Below, piece by piece: positions 1 to 14,173 of a stretch of 64,000 bases of DNA. Below the pieces are notes generated by a model, which had not been told where the DNA came from, made no database searches, and saw nothing but the letters and a program-made list of their open reading frames with translations. Source of the DNA: Tubiluchus corallicola (Eukaryota; Animalia; Priapulida); contig JAQGDQ010000080.1 of the NCBI GenBank assembly GCA_030141605.1, forward strand, positions 372,001 through 436,000. The letters are read 5' to 3'. The position numbers and the translations under genes were made by a program. Within the stretch, counting starts at the first letter, position 1. Every line of letters begins with the position of its first letter.

Positions 1-3000
1 ATCAGGAGATCAACATAGCAAAGCCTATCGCTGACATCATTGCAAGTCTACGCTGGGGTGCTGTTTCTTTAATCTCTCAAAAAGAGCATGGTAGGTTACG
101 TAAGACTAAGCCCAAAAACATAGTTTAGCTTGCATTAAGATTTTTGTAATAGTGCGATAATATTAACTACGTCGCGAAACCACACATATTGTTAAAACAA
201 AACAAAAAAAGAACACTAGTTAATAATCTGATACAAAAAAGTGTTTTATATTGCAAATCAATGAATTAAAGTCAGCGAATGCGCAAGTACAGTGTTAGTT
301 GCTAGCGTCCAATGTTAGTGTTTATGTTTGTTAAAAACAACGCACAAAATTTACAGGTCAACAAAATTTAACAGTTTTCTCTTTGTTTACCAGTTACTTT
401 CGCCACATATTTAACAACACTGCTGTTCCAAGAAAATGTTACTGCCACTAATCTAAATGTAGACGTTGTTTGCAAGAGTGTCAGCCAAGCAGCTTGCAGA
501 AACATCACATTTCCAGAAAGTACTCACGATTATGTAGCTCAAAATTTTGTCTTTTTTGGAAATGGTACTGAGGTCAACCAGATGCTGGAGATGGTGAGTT
601 AAGTATATATTCTCACGTTCCCTAAAATAAAATTGACACTATATAAAATATTTAGAAAAATCACTATTTGTTTTATTTCTACATTAACTAAAATTTATTC
701 AGCATGCTATAAAATGCCTAGAAAAATAAAAGTACAACAGTTACCTAAGAATTATGCAGTATACACACGTTGCCTAGACAAACTTTTGCACTATGTAATG
801 CCGAGGAAGCGTGCTGCAGAAGAAATTATCTTAAATACTTTGGCTGGTTTGTTTTGTCCACTCCATAAAATGCCCTCCATAAAAGGATCCATTACACCTA
901 TAGACTGCCCGATTTCGCACTTTACCTGTAATTTCACACTTTGCATGTAACATATGTACAATACAACAGTAGAAAATTTTAAAGTATCAAAATGTATAAA
1001 CTTAACGACTGTTCATCGTCCTAACTTTTCAGTCTTTCCAAATGTTCTTGGTTTCTGTTTCTTGAGACCAGCAGCATGGTATGGTAGACCTAAACTCTGT
1101 GAGACGTAAATGTTTGGCCATTGTGTGAGTGAAACCTTATTTGTGGTAATCTTCTTCTTTTGATTTGCTGCATATAAGAAGTGGACAATCTGGATTATCC
1201 AATCGCATCTTCTCTCTGCTAATTTCAGACATCCAAGACATGACGTTTCCATCCAATCCATTACATCTGTAGACAATTTCCTTCGCTATCTTCCTCTTCC
1301 ACGCGTTCCACGGATGGTACCTTCCAACATAAGTATTTGTATTCCCACTATGTATCCAGACTGGTACCAACTAGGCGGTTAAAATATTGAATTTTGCGAT
1401 GTTTAATTGTAGAAATTAGTGATCTGCTTTCAACAACCATCTTCAAAACTCCTTCATTGCTGTCTTCATAAGAGATACGAAACATTCTTCTGTAGATCCA
1501 CATTTGAAAAACTAGTAATATATCATAAAGAATATGTGCAAATTGTATTTCATTTTAGGCTATTATTCAAGGTGTTGTCCATGCAGAGACGTCCATTATT
1601 ATATATTCAGAGGATGTGAATGTAACTGAAATTGGAGAATTGCTGAAACCAGCTGACAATGTTGCTATAATAAAAGCAATTTGTGATTATTGTGTAAGTA
1701 TAAATCACATATCTAAATAAAATCAGATGTTTAGGCAGCTGAAGCCAGGCAACGGAGATTGCATTTCATGTTCTCTCAGCACGTTAATTACCAACTTATT
1801 AGCCCTTCAATCCTCTTGAATAGAACCTGGATTTTTCAACTTCTAGCACTGTAATCTGTATTTAAGACTGCACATACACTACTTTAAAATATATTTGGCA
1901 CGCCTTTTCATAAGATTATTACTGTTGAAATTCTCCAGAGAAGCCGGACTTCCGACCTTCAACCATTTCTACTTTTAAGTTGGATCATAAAACTCCACCT
2001 ATATAGTCTCACTACAGGGCTATTTTAGCACCAGTCATTAACTGCCATCTTGTATGAGATGTACCAGGTATAGCAATTAGTGTCAACATCCATTTAAAAA
2101 GTATTACTAATCAAAGTCGCAGCAAAGTTGCCAATATTTGAAGGTAATATCACGAAACCTGAAGAATCCTTCAGCTGGTGTTGGCAGACATGAAATTAGA
2201 AGTTGTGCTAATGAATCGCCAGAAGTCATTTACATAAATAAGTATTACTAGTAGGCCCAGGTCTTTACCGAAATGTTGTCTGGCTAGCTGTGCATTATTG
2301 GTGCACTGTCCACAATTATATGATTTTTCTACGAGGTCAGATTGCAACAATGAATTTTTCTAAAAAGGATCCACTCTCAAATGTAATGTTTGCTGTTGGC
2401 TAATTTTAAAAGCAACTTATTGTTCTCTTCAGTGCTTCCCGCGATTTCTACTGTCAACTTGCCAAGATTCTGATATTCACCCATTATTCTTTGTATGTAA
2501 TATAATAGAGTATTATCTGTATTTCCTGGGATTCGGTGGTATGAGTGTGGTTTAATGTGTAAGGCAATTCAGACCTGCTCCATATTTACCAGGTTCCGTA
2601 CCTGAATGTTGAGAGGAAGTTTTGGTCTCTCAGAGGTAATTATTTTCTTCGTATCTTCTTGTTTTGTTGAAGTACAACAGATGTTTAGGCTTAAAAACAC
2701 GGTTTACTAAGCATCTCTGCTTCAACAGATTTTCCTTAATCTAGGTTAGGTTTAAACACCCTTTTGCTGGATTTTCGATTGTTTGTTGCTTTACTTTATT
2801 TGGGCTGGGTCCCAACGCCGCTTTTCATTTACTGACATTTGTCGCATAGTGCCAAATCTTATTTGTCTTTTTTTGTCATGCTTTGAAACCCTTTGATGCT
2901 TGGCCTTCTTCCAACTCCGCAGGTTCAAGCCGTCCAGATATAACTTTCCTGGCGTGGAGCGCCCGTGGAATGGAAATATTTCTATTTACGTTCCGCAGCT

Positions 3001-6000
3001 GTCGTACATTGCTATAGTTATTTATTGTCTACATTATTGACAGAGTAAAATGAGCTATTACTGGATTCGAAACTTAACAAGATAATAAAGGCTAAGGTAT
3101 AATGAATGTCATTAAAGTACAGCTAATATTGGTTACTCGCGTGATGTTGAATACATTTAACATGAATGACACGCAAAGCTGAAATAATTGTTAGATGAGA
3201 TGATGAGAAACGAACTATAATTATTAGATGAAGGGATGTATCACAAACACAGTTTACGGTCATTTATTTGCTAACGGACGATGGCATTGCTTACTTTTAA
3301 AAACGTAAGTACCTACGCTACAGAGATTAGCCTTATTTTTGAGCGACTAGTGATGCGTTGTGCCTTTTTAGGAACCGAAATTAAGCAACGCCGTTCAGTG
3401 AATAAATAGATGGGCATCGACAGCAATACTCGCTCTTTCCATCGGCCATTTCATTCGCTCCTAAGATACCAGTCTACTTACCTCACTTGCGGAAGCTGCT
3501 GTATTTTCACATTCAAACGTCGCTAAGTTATACCTGAGTTTGCCAGTTCAGCATTGTTGTTGCTTATTGATACCGAATTCGGACTTGAATACTTATTTTT
3601 GTCCCCCCTTGGGATGACCGAATGCGGTGATAAAGTTAATACTTATTTGCGGGATATATTTATGAAAAATCCAGTTTTAAAGAAAGCTGTAAAATTCAAG
3701 TCTCATACTGGCTTTATTTATTGAGACTATGTAGAGAATTATGTATGAACTTTCATTTTAGGTAAATAAGACTGATAACAGTGTTGACAATGGTTTCAAG
3801 GTGACGTCCATCTTCACGCAAGATGTCAACAAAGTCACATTCCAAAGAAGTGCGGTGTGGAGTGTCGAAACGGGGTTACACGTGTATAACGATATTTTTC
3901 CAAACAGATTTAATGGTTTAAATGGATTGTTATTTCGCGTTGCAGTTGTTACTGACGTAAGTGGCCTATATGCACATTACAGTTAACCTTCACGCGTTAC
4001 AGTTTCCATGCAAAATTTCTTCATAGCTTAGCGCGAATTTCGACGCGAATCCCCGAATCCATTCGCCTCAACGTCCATTATCGCGAATCTAGTTACATAC
4101 GCGCAAGTTTTCCTGAATTTAAAAAAAATAAATAAATACGGGCACTAATCTGACTTTTCGCTCTTTGCCTCCCTCATACTTCGATTGTCTGGATTCTCGT
4201 AAAATGTCACGTCAAGAATGTGCTTAGATTCTGGCAAAATGTAACAAAATTCTGGCTTTGTAATTGAAACAATTAAAAAATTATACCAAAGAATTTTTTG
4301 CTCGATATTTACTACTATCAAGAATGAACAACGGAGTACTATGGGACAAAGCACCTAAATCACCTTTCATTACTGACAATAGAACACCAACTGCTATGGG
4401 CGAACCTGATACTTTTGACATTATTAGGAAATTTTCCTACGCTAAATCCATGTAAATCTGTTGTGTAAGAAGTCCACTCAAAGACTATGTGCATACCATA
4501 CTGTTCCACCTTTAATATAAGGCGAGATGAGTTGCAGTCTTAACTGCCTTGAGTCGGCTAGGCTGGTTAGCCCAACCAGCAGCGAAGGATTGTTTTCAAA
4601 GAATGCTATTATACTGTTCCTAACTGGGACATATGCGGAAGTGGGTTTTAAAATAAGGGAAACTACCGCAAAGTACTCACGCAAGTTTATCCTCGTTGAC
4701 TGATGTCATGTAGTAGCCTGGTCCACGTCGAGCATAATTACCATGATTATTCCGAATTGGTGGTTGGCTTCTTTGGGTTAATATCGTGAAAATGACGGAT
4801 TTAGCTTAGCGGATAAGAACGATTAGACCCAATATTCTAAAACGCACAAATTGTTTATTACTACTACATCGACCGCAAGCATAACAATAATAAACAAAAA
4901 CCAGACCGACTGTGGGGAAAACAATTATGTAATAGTTAGAAATGCCAAGTATTCCTACAAATGCCTTGTGACTCTTATTAGGCCTACATTCAGTGTAAAC
5001 CTTCAACTACTTCATTTATTAAGGTTGCTGTTTGTTATTTTACAGAATCCACCATTTTGTACAGCGATAGAGACAGCTTCATTGACAAATTTTGGTAAAA
5101 ATATTCCGTGCAGTGGAATAGCAATGGAGCTTCTTGAACAACTAGCACACGTCTTGAATTTTACGTAGGCAATTTTTAAGCCCAGTGCTTATCAAAAGAT
5201 AGATTAACCAGTGCAAAAAATAATTCTAAACCAAGATAATTTTGTCCAGTTCATTATCGTTCATATTCACATAGCTAGTTGAATAATACCGCAAGTCTGC
5301 AGTTATTGCTCTCACTTTAACTAACCTAATGACTTGGCACAACGTAAGAATGCAATTCAGTTGTGGTAAATCAGAATGAATAAACTAACAGTTTACGTGA
5401 AAATTGCTGATTCATTATTATAAGCCGCTCATAATTTCTTGGCTGATCACAAATCTCAGGTAAAATTCATTAGCGTTTTCTAATTCATTTTGTGAGTTAC
5501 AGTTGAGATGACTATGAATGAAGTATTAGACTGACTTATACGTATACATAAAATGTTGTTATGAAAAACTACAAACGTCAGAAGACAGACGGAAAATGTT
5601 TTTTGCGTTTTTGTTTTTAATATGTTTTTCTTATTTTTAGTGAATGTGGCGTCATTTGTTTGACATAATAATCCTAATATAATTATGTAATTTGACACTC
5701 TAGGTAAAAGTACTTCTAGTGCTTTCTCACTTATCACTTCCCTCACTGTAACCATCTTCCCACCCTCCACCCCACCCCCAAAATTGAATTTTTGTTATAT
5801 GTAGCAGTGTGGGCATATACATGCATTATAATATACTATAATTAAGTGTTAATTGCCAATTTGCAAATTAAGTTGACTGAATTTGAAAATGAATTGATGA
5901 CCCATTGTCCTGGATTTTCCTAGAGCTTTTGATTTCAAAATTTTTGAAACCCTAATTCCTCTTTTTCACGTACATCAATTTTCTCAGTTTTATCGTTGGC

Positions 6001-6127
6001 AAAATTTAAAAATAAAAATTATAGAAGTAATTCTTTAGTTATTATTCAAATAAATAATAATAAAGATAATAATAATAACAACAACAACAACAACAACAAC
6101 AATAATAATAATAATAATAATAATAAC

Positions 6128-6176
<49 letters not shown>

Positions 6177-9100
6177 GTAATAATAATAAAAATAAAAATA
6201 ATTACAACAACAACAACAACAATAATAATAATTAAAGAATTACTTCTAGAATTTGGCGCTTCCCCAAGAAAAAAATTTGGCACCCTAGCAAGCTGTCTAG
6301 TTTCCCTAGAGATAGAGCCGGCCCTGTATGTTATTTAGTAATGCTGCTATGTGTATAGAAATCAATAATGAGTTGTTAGTAACTTTACTAAAAATCACGC
6401 ACAGAGGTTGTTTGAAGAACATTTGAGATACATAATTGCAGGTATGTGGTAATGCAACCCGAGGACAAGAAGTTTGGTAACGACATCGGGAATGGTACCT
6501 GGAACGGAATGATTGGAATGCTTCAGCGAGGAGTAAGCTATTCTGCATTCATTCAAAAATAATAAAAAATTGGAGTAATATAAAACTTATCACCATATAG
6601 GACTACACCGGCTGTAAAATTTTTAAGAACGTTTCATTACATCGGCTCGTAGCCACTGGTCGAATTATTACTGATTATAAGTTATAATCCACATTTTAAT
6701 TTTACAACAAACCGGCAACATGGAGTTACAAACATGTGTTATTTTCCAGGCGTACAGTAAACCACACCATATAGATTATGTAATTCAGAAGAATTTTAAC
6801 TACAGACATAAAAAAGAACGTATTATAATAAATACATTTTACTCCTTCGCATTTTAATCAGTGTAAGAATTTTCGTTCGTTGCTCAGAGTGGAAGACTCA
6901 GATGTAACTTTTCACAATTTCTCATGAAACGTACACAAAAATTTGGTTAATTTGCTTAAATTAGCTGAATAAATCTCTTTACGCATGTACATACTATATG
7001 TAGTAAAAATATTTTTAGGAAGTAGATTTAATTGCGTCGTCTCTCACCATAACTGATAGTAGACTGACAGTAGTAGACTTCATGGCTGCTTATTATACAG
7101 AGTTCGTAACAGTTATGACCAGAAGAACAGTAAGTGTAACTATTAATCTGTAAACTTATATTGACTCACAGTTCAGGAATTAAATTTACAGATTGTAAGA
7201 GATGTTTTTAAAGTTTTTAGTTGCAAATAAACTCCATACTCTGATTCGGTTTTTATGTAATAAAAGTTGGTCAGAAACGGCAATAACATAATATAACAAG
7301 TTTTTAATGTTCTTCACTATTATAACTTATCGTATACAATTATTTTTATACCTAAAACATTCCAAAAATGTAACTTCTTTATAATTTATATCGAACAGTT
7401 AAACCGTGATATATATAATATATATATATCACGGTTTAACTGTTCGAGCATTTATTTAAAAAATAGTAAGTTTAATGATATAAAAAATTTAACATCTGTT
7501 AATAATTAACTTGAAAGACTTCTCTATCGCTGTTTCAGGAAAAATCAAGAACGTTTGTTTATTTGGAACCATTTCGTAAAGAAGTTTGGAGTTGTGTTTT
7601 CATTACAACCCTGATTATGGGAGCCGCCTTGTTTCTCATTACGCGGTATTCACCTTACTACGCATCGAACTACAGCCAAACATTAGACGAATATCGATCG
7701 AAAAATCTTTTTCGAGTGTCAAATTGCTTTTGGTACGTCACAGGCGCATTTTTGCAGCAAGGTAAGCATAAGTTTAGACAAAGTAAGGAACATCATAGAG
7801 CAAGGTACTCAAACAATAGGCCACGTATAAGATAGAGTGTCTGTTATTTTCACGGTTGTTTCTTTAATCGTCTATTTCTAGAGTAACAGGCCCCTTTTGT
7901 CTGTATGTGTGTGGGCCGGCTGGCCTGCAAGTGAACAGTCTCCAAGTCTACAAAGTTGGCATTTGCCAGAAAGACCCTCTTAAGGTAGTCTTTTGACTCT
8001 ATATTTCTATATTCCAACTAAATGAAGGGAATCCAATAATGAACCTATATATGTATAACAGGAAAACAAACAAGGATAATATTATAAAAGACACATAATT
8101 GTTATTCTAGAGTGTAGATATGTAAATGATAGCAAGAAAGCAAGCAACGTTGTTCTTTCAATCAACATCATTAGCGCAAGTAACTATTATTTGTACACAG
8201 TAAACGTAATTAACAGTGTAAACCACCAAAGAAAATTTCTTTTTATGCATTCACTCGATGTTTGTGCAGGTGGAATATGGTTGCCAGAATCTCTGTCAGG
8301 ACGTACACTAGTTGGAACTTGGTGGCTGTTTGTCATTGTTGCCATTGCCATCTATTCTGGTAACTTAGTTGGATTTCTTACCATCCAGACTTTGTACGAA
8401 TTACCAGTTCAAAGTGTCGAAGAAGTAGCTGCACATCCTACTACAGCACCTGTGGTCAGGGATGCTGTGGCTTTCACTGGCGTATTAATGGTAAACCCGA
8501 TTTTACTTTTGTTAGCACAATGTGGGCCCACTGATTAAGTAACAAAAACTGATATTACAGAATGAGTCACATGTTTCGGAGAAATCATGAATTTCAATAT
8601 AATCGCAACGCTCACGAAGCCTCTCAATTCCTTGTTAGAAATCTGCAAGTACGAAGTTGTACGACCTGTTGCAACGTACTACTAAGTCTACTATAGGCCT
8701 GCAGAATCCTGCAGTAATTTTGATTACACCACATGCTGATGAACAAGTAACAAACTAAAACAGTATTTTTATTGCCACTGAAACACACTTAAGTTTAAGT
8801 TAGCAAGCAGTTGTAGTAAGCATTATTTCAAGTATATTACAGTTCTAAGTTTCATTTTATTTTCATTTATTTCGCAATCCAGCCACAATGCAAAAATACA
8901 AATTACAAAAAATAACAAAACGAACACAAATGAGATAAAAACATTTACATTATTTACAAATTGAGATGCGGTTAAAGCACAGAGTAAAACTACTTGATAG
9001 TGATAAACTGTGTCTGTTGACTTTTAACTAATTGTAGCTCTAACGTTCATTAGCCAATCGTTCATCGCTTACACGAGAGGATACTGCATTCCATATATTG

Positions 9101-12100
9101 ACCGCTATATTACTAAAAAATATTTCTGACAATCAGTCCTACAAAACTTAACAAAGAGTTTCAAATGATGACCTCTTGTGACAGAAGTAGCACGAACATA
9201 AATTCGTTAAAACTTAAAGCACTTTCTTTATGCACATTATCGTAACACAGCAGATTATTACGAAGACGGCGTAATTCTAATGCGTCTACTTTTAGATAAT
9301 TTAAACTGTCAGGGAATGAGTCCCTAAGCATGTTAGATCTAGAAAACGCCGACAGAGAAACTACCTCCGGACGTTCACAATCAATTCTATATGTTGTAGG
9401 GATTCCACGTAGGGATACAGTATTCCACAAAAAAGGACAAACAAGAGTTTTATAAGCTGAATAAAAAATTAACGTCAGAACTAGTAAAGATTCCTAGCAT
9501 CATATAAGTTTGATGACAGATATTGCCACAGTGATTACTAAATTTGCTAGTTACTCAAATGTAAAATACAGCATTTATTTACAGAGACTGGTAACTGCCA
9601 TACTGAAATGACCACACAATTAAAGGCGTGATGAATGTTTTAGTAATAATCTATATCAACGTAAATTTGACATCATCAGTATAGAGCTTACAAGAGACAA
9701 TACTAATGCAGTCAGGAATATCATCAGAAAATGATTACAATATTAACAATTAACACTTTTACTGATTTTTTGCAGCAAGCAACTGATGGTCCATATTATG
9801 ACTTATGGAAGAAAGTTATTGAAAATCCACAGCAGCGTATTGTGCCTAATGCTTCTGAAGCTTTGGAGATGGTACGCACTTATGATTTAGCATTTGTGGA
9901 GGAATACACAGAAATATTATTTGCACTGGAACTCGATTACCAAGCTACTGGTCGCTGTGATTTCATCATGATCGAACAGCGATTGTTTCCAAGCAATTTC
10001 GCATTTGCCTTACCTAAGAACTCTCCTTATCAACAGAGATTCAATATGGCGTAAGTACTGCCACAAGTAATTCGTCATAGTATCATGTCAGAAAAGAATT
10101 AAAAACATGTGCCATATCCATCATCATTTAAATAAACTTCTAAACGCCAACATGCAACTTGGTATCCATTTTTAATTTATTTACGTTACGTTACGCATCA
10201 TGAGCGTTATTCACAAGGTCATGAGGTATCAGCAATTTCCGTTAAGAATCACAAGCGTGTAAGACAGAATGCTGCGGCAACATTTTCGTCTTGCGTTGTC
10301 AATGGCAACATGCTTAGATATCAAACAACCAGTCGATGTCGCCGACAGTTCTAGACTAGGTGTTGACTTAGTTAAATAAAATCAATCATCTACTTCTGCA
10401 GACGATTTTCTTTTGAAAAACTGTTGCTTGCTTAATAAATGCTGGTAACTATAAGCGAAACTATCAGTAATAAAAATTTTCACACACTAGGAATCGTAGG
10501 AATGAATAAGTACGGAACGCACAATTACTTCAAAACCTGCCACTACGACATAATCGTGGCAAAATCATTAGATTTATTCAATATCTGATTATTCTACATA
10601 GCGGCTTGTTTTTGAACGATTAAGCAACTTACGACCATACTGCATATTTGAAGGCACTGTATTTGGAATTGGAATTTGTATGTAGGAAAACGCGAATTTG
10701 GAATACCAAGTCAAACGTACATCCAATTAAGTCTTGCTAAGATCTTTTAATAGAATTCCAATGCCTTGTACGCATTTCTTTTTCATTCTGTGCCCACTTT
10801 CCCCCTGACTCTCACAAAGTTGTAAAAAAGACTTTATTATGTAGAGAACGACCATGTTGAATTGTCATTTGAATGGCATACTACATGAGGCAGCATTGTG
10901 TATGACGGATATGATTTGGTTTTAAAAGTTCACAGTTTGCAGTAGGCTATAAAACAGGCCCGTATACCTGAATTTTGTGAAAACTAGTGTAAACGGTCTC
11001 TGAAAAGTTGTTTTCCTATGCACATTCCCAAAATGAGAAAAAAGGTGTGTGAGGACAGGGAGGTGTAAGAGTTTTATTTAAAAACGCCTCAATATGAATG
11101 AATGGGGTTGGATTCAACATTTCCATGCAAAAATTGCAGGGCAGCTGAAAGCATACGTACTTTATGAACTTCATGTTGCGTCATCCGTTATTTCCTGCAT
11201 AATTAAAGTAGTACGTGGGATGTTCACTGTTGTTCATACAATATATATATATATACATCAGATATAATTAACATAGTTATAGTCTATAGTCATAAGTCCA
11301 AAGGCTTGTTCCAATTTTATGTCTTCTGAACAATGAATGTTAACTAGCAAAGGCCAGCAAAAATAGAATACGTATAATTAACAGTTATTTCAAATACTAT
11401 AATTAATAAAGCACTAACATTAGATCTACATGTTCTTTACCTACTTAGGGTAACAGACTAGCAAATACATAATAGCAAAACCAGGTCAAAAGCAACAGTC
11501 AGCTACAAAGGCAAAATAATCTTTGACGTAAAATAGCTAGGCATCTTCTAATTTTCCCAGCAGAAACTGTCGATAATCACATTTCGAATATCATAACATA
11601 TTAAAAAATTAGTGTTCAACTTTGTCAAAACACTTTTTTAAAAAAGACTCACATTTTGCAGCTCTGTTTTTAATGTCATAGTTGTAAAATTCCTCCCAGA
11701 CGAAGCAGCATGTGAAATTTGTTGAATATTTTGCTCAGGCTAAATTTTGAAAAAATGAGTGGGTGGGTCCCAAAGAAAGGTTACAAAAGCTGTGGGCACT
11801 GCATGCAATCTAAATGACACATACTCTCAAATTCACTGTGCAACCATTACTGGCTTGTCCCCCAGTACATTCCGCAGACTAAGGACAACAACTGTCACAA
11901 AAAACTAAATCTAAAAATTTTGTAGGTTTTCTTAGGTTCTTTCAGTGGCCTCAATTAAAAATTAATTACTGATGAGAAGATTCTAAACTATAACATTTCG
12001 TTTGCTATAGCAATTTTCAAGCATGTTGAAGCTTCCTGAGCCCTAGTCAACCAGAAACAATATACACGTCCATATAAATCATACACATAATTTTATATAT

Positions 12101-12889
12101 CACATGTATCGACATGACACATATGTATATTTTGTGGATGTATATAGCTGGATTCTATATGACGGAATTAATATCTTACTGGCTATATCAGATTAAATTA
12201 AATGTAGCACCTGCAATGGCTCTAGATAAGATGAAACTGTTTTTTATATTCATTTAGCATGTAAAACCATTTTAAAGCATAAGTTAATAAATATTTTCAG
12301 GATACTGCGGATGACACAGCAAGGATTCATCGAACGCTTAAAGATGAAATACTTCTTTAAAAGCCTAAAATGTGACGTATCCACACGCCAAGCAGTTCAG
12401 GCACAAGAGATAGAACTGAGAACTGCTCTTGGTATATTCTACATACTGCCCACAGGATTTCTGTGTGCCTTTCTTGCACTTTTTATAGAAAAGCTATGTG
12501 CTCATTTTCCAAACTCCAGCGAGACTGTATCCATAAGGGTGAGAAATAGCATACAGAATTTCTTTATTAGGTGCAGTAATCAAGTGTCATCAACTAGTAA
12601 CATACGCAGAACTATGACACTGAACAACGTAACTCTTAGTCAGCGGAAAGTGCAGCAAATACCCAAAACTGTAAACATAATGACGGAAGCATGGCAACTA
12701 GCTTACGGGAATGTGGATGGATCAGATGCATCTACTCCAAACTATCAAGATCAGAAAGTTAGTAACAATGATACTGCCAGTCAGATACATACAAAGGAAA
12801 AAGATGCATGGTTTATGTACTATATAAAAAATGAAAATTGTTCTGTCCAGTTCACTGACTTGCAGCAAAAAAACAATTTCAATATTTAA
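1..12889 (+). CDS. Ionotropic receptor / variant ionotropic glutamate receptor, IR93a-like (5'-partial, 11 exons and about 748 aa in window)
   Basis: Phase-consistent GT-AG exons: <1-90, 394-593, 1559-1693, 3762-3956, 5046-5164, 6442-6532, 7019-7129, 7539-7761, 8270-8490, 9776-10050, 12301-12889 (stop). The spliced protein shows N-terminal-domain-like sequence, FPNRFNGLNGLLFRVAV, S1 motifs (NPPF..., FG..NGTWNGMIGMLQRGEVDLIASSLTITDSR..VVDF), M1 (EPF..EVW), pore FWYVTGAFLQQG, M3 IYSGNLVGFLT, S2 (FAFALPKNSPY..RFN) and M4 (LGIFYILPTGF). The pore/M3 wording resembles arthropod IR93a as I recall it; no search was run. Confidence 0.9.
1750..2700 (-). mobile_element. Highly degraded non-LTR retrotransposon (CR1/L2-like) reverse transcriptase relic in a receptor intron
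   Basis: Minus-strand translation near 2225-2265 gives DLGLLVILIYVNDF, resembling the RT motif (QGSV)LGPLLFLIYINDL. Many stops and frameshifts; boundaries approximate. Confidence 0.4.
6052..6232. repeat. Compound (AAT)n/(AAC)n trinucleotide microsatellite
   Basis: Directly visible; it produces the spurious poly-N and poly-I/V ORFs 5996..6235 and 6035..6283. Confidence 0.97.
7391..7447. repeat. Perfect 26-bp inverted repeat (palindrome) centred on an (AT)n tract
   Basis: tcgaacagttaaaccgtgatatatat - aatat - atatatatcacggtttaactgttcga. Confidence 0.9.
8850..9480 (-). mobile_element. CR1-like LINE 3'-end relic
   Basis: Minus-strand remnants 'LNYLKVDALELRRLRNNLLCY' and 'FFSNIAVNIWNAV' match the CR1 ORF2 C-terminal motifs (L.SLE.RRL..DL; FFSNRVV..WN.LP). 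Boundaries approximate. Confidence 0.6.
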
Positions 12890-14173
12890 ATACTGTAATA
12901 ACAACCAAAATGCCAATTCTGTGGATTTTCACAGAAAAAAATCTGTTTGCTTTGCTGTACACATGCATCTAGATGTGTTTTTTTAACATGTACATTTTTA
13001 ACATTTTGAGCCCGAAAGCACACGAGTAAAAAAACACAAATATTACCACTGTACTCAGTGTCAAGGACTAGCTGCGAGGTACGACCATTCTGAGAACATA
13101 ACAATTATCCTGACTATGTGAGCACCATGTTTTACAGTAGTTAGCCACTGCGGATGCTTACACATGCTGCATTTTACGGTGTTTAATTAAATGTTCATGC
13201 ACACAAGTGAGTATCTTGATTCATCTAGGATTGTAATTAAGATGAAAGACAAAAGAACAGAAATTATTTGCTTTTATTTTTGATGGATGGACGGGTGTAA
13301 ATCAATAAAAATTTTAATTCTTACCGAAGTTTAATTTAACAAGTATACTTCTCTTAAACACAAAAAATGTCTTGCATTTCTTGAAATGTATTAAACTTTC
13401 TTCAAGTTGGTAAAAATTTAAAGCTATAGCACTACAGATTATTGTTATTATCAAAATTTGAATACCTGGCTTTTATATTTAACAATTTTAGAATTACTTT
13501 TTCCAATAAAAGAAAGAACCAGACATGCTGCCACTTCACAAAACTTATTAATGTTCCAAACTCAGTGCATTTCTAAGGCCGCTTGTTCTTTATTGATAAC
13601 AGCATTTAGCTTACTAAATCTGTCATGGAATGTTCATATATATATATTTGCAAAAGCAGTTGAACGGGGTTAGTTAAAGCAAGCCCTAAAGCTTCTCTTG
13701 AGGATTTCAATCCTAGCCAACAATGATGCAATTAAAGGACTTAAATACATGCCAATCTACCACTTGAAACAAAGCTTACTCATTGCTGCAAACTGTAAAA
13801 ACTAGCAAAATGTCACAAATTTTCTCAAGTAATATTCATTATACCGTTTACGGAGTTAACAATATTTATCTGTATCTACTAACTGCCTTCAAATGAGCTA
13901 ACACACTTAGCAGAAAACAATGTAGCTCTTGTATACATGGGTGGTATCTTGGCCGGTCATTAAGTTTTACTGTCAGCAAGTAGTGGCTCAAGTATCATCA
14001 AGCTCTTCTTGGTAGGCAGTGTGCTGTTGGTCATAGTCTGGGTATTACCTTTGTAGCAGCCGAGAGAGCATCTTTCTCAGGTTATTTTGCTCCAACAAAT
14101 ATTTTGTTATATTAGCTCTCATGTATGCCAAACAAAAATGTAATTAATTAACTTTACTATTAATCAACCATTG

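Noticed and set aside
1013-1370. Two overlapping minus-strand ORFs (87 and 77 aa) in a receptor intron
   Set aside because: No recognisable motif and no phase-consistent splice partners; probably chance or a decayed repeat.
5996-6283. Poly-Asn and poly-Ile/Val ORFs
   Set aside because: Translations of an (AAT/AAC)n microsatellite within an intron.
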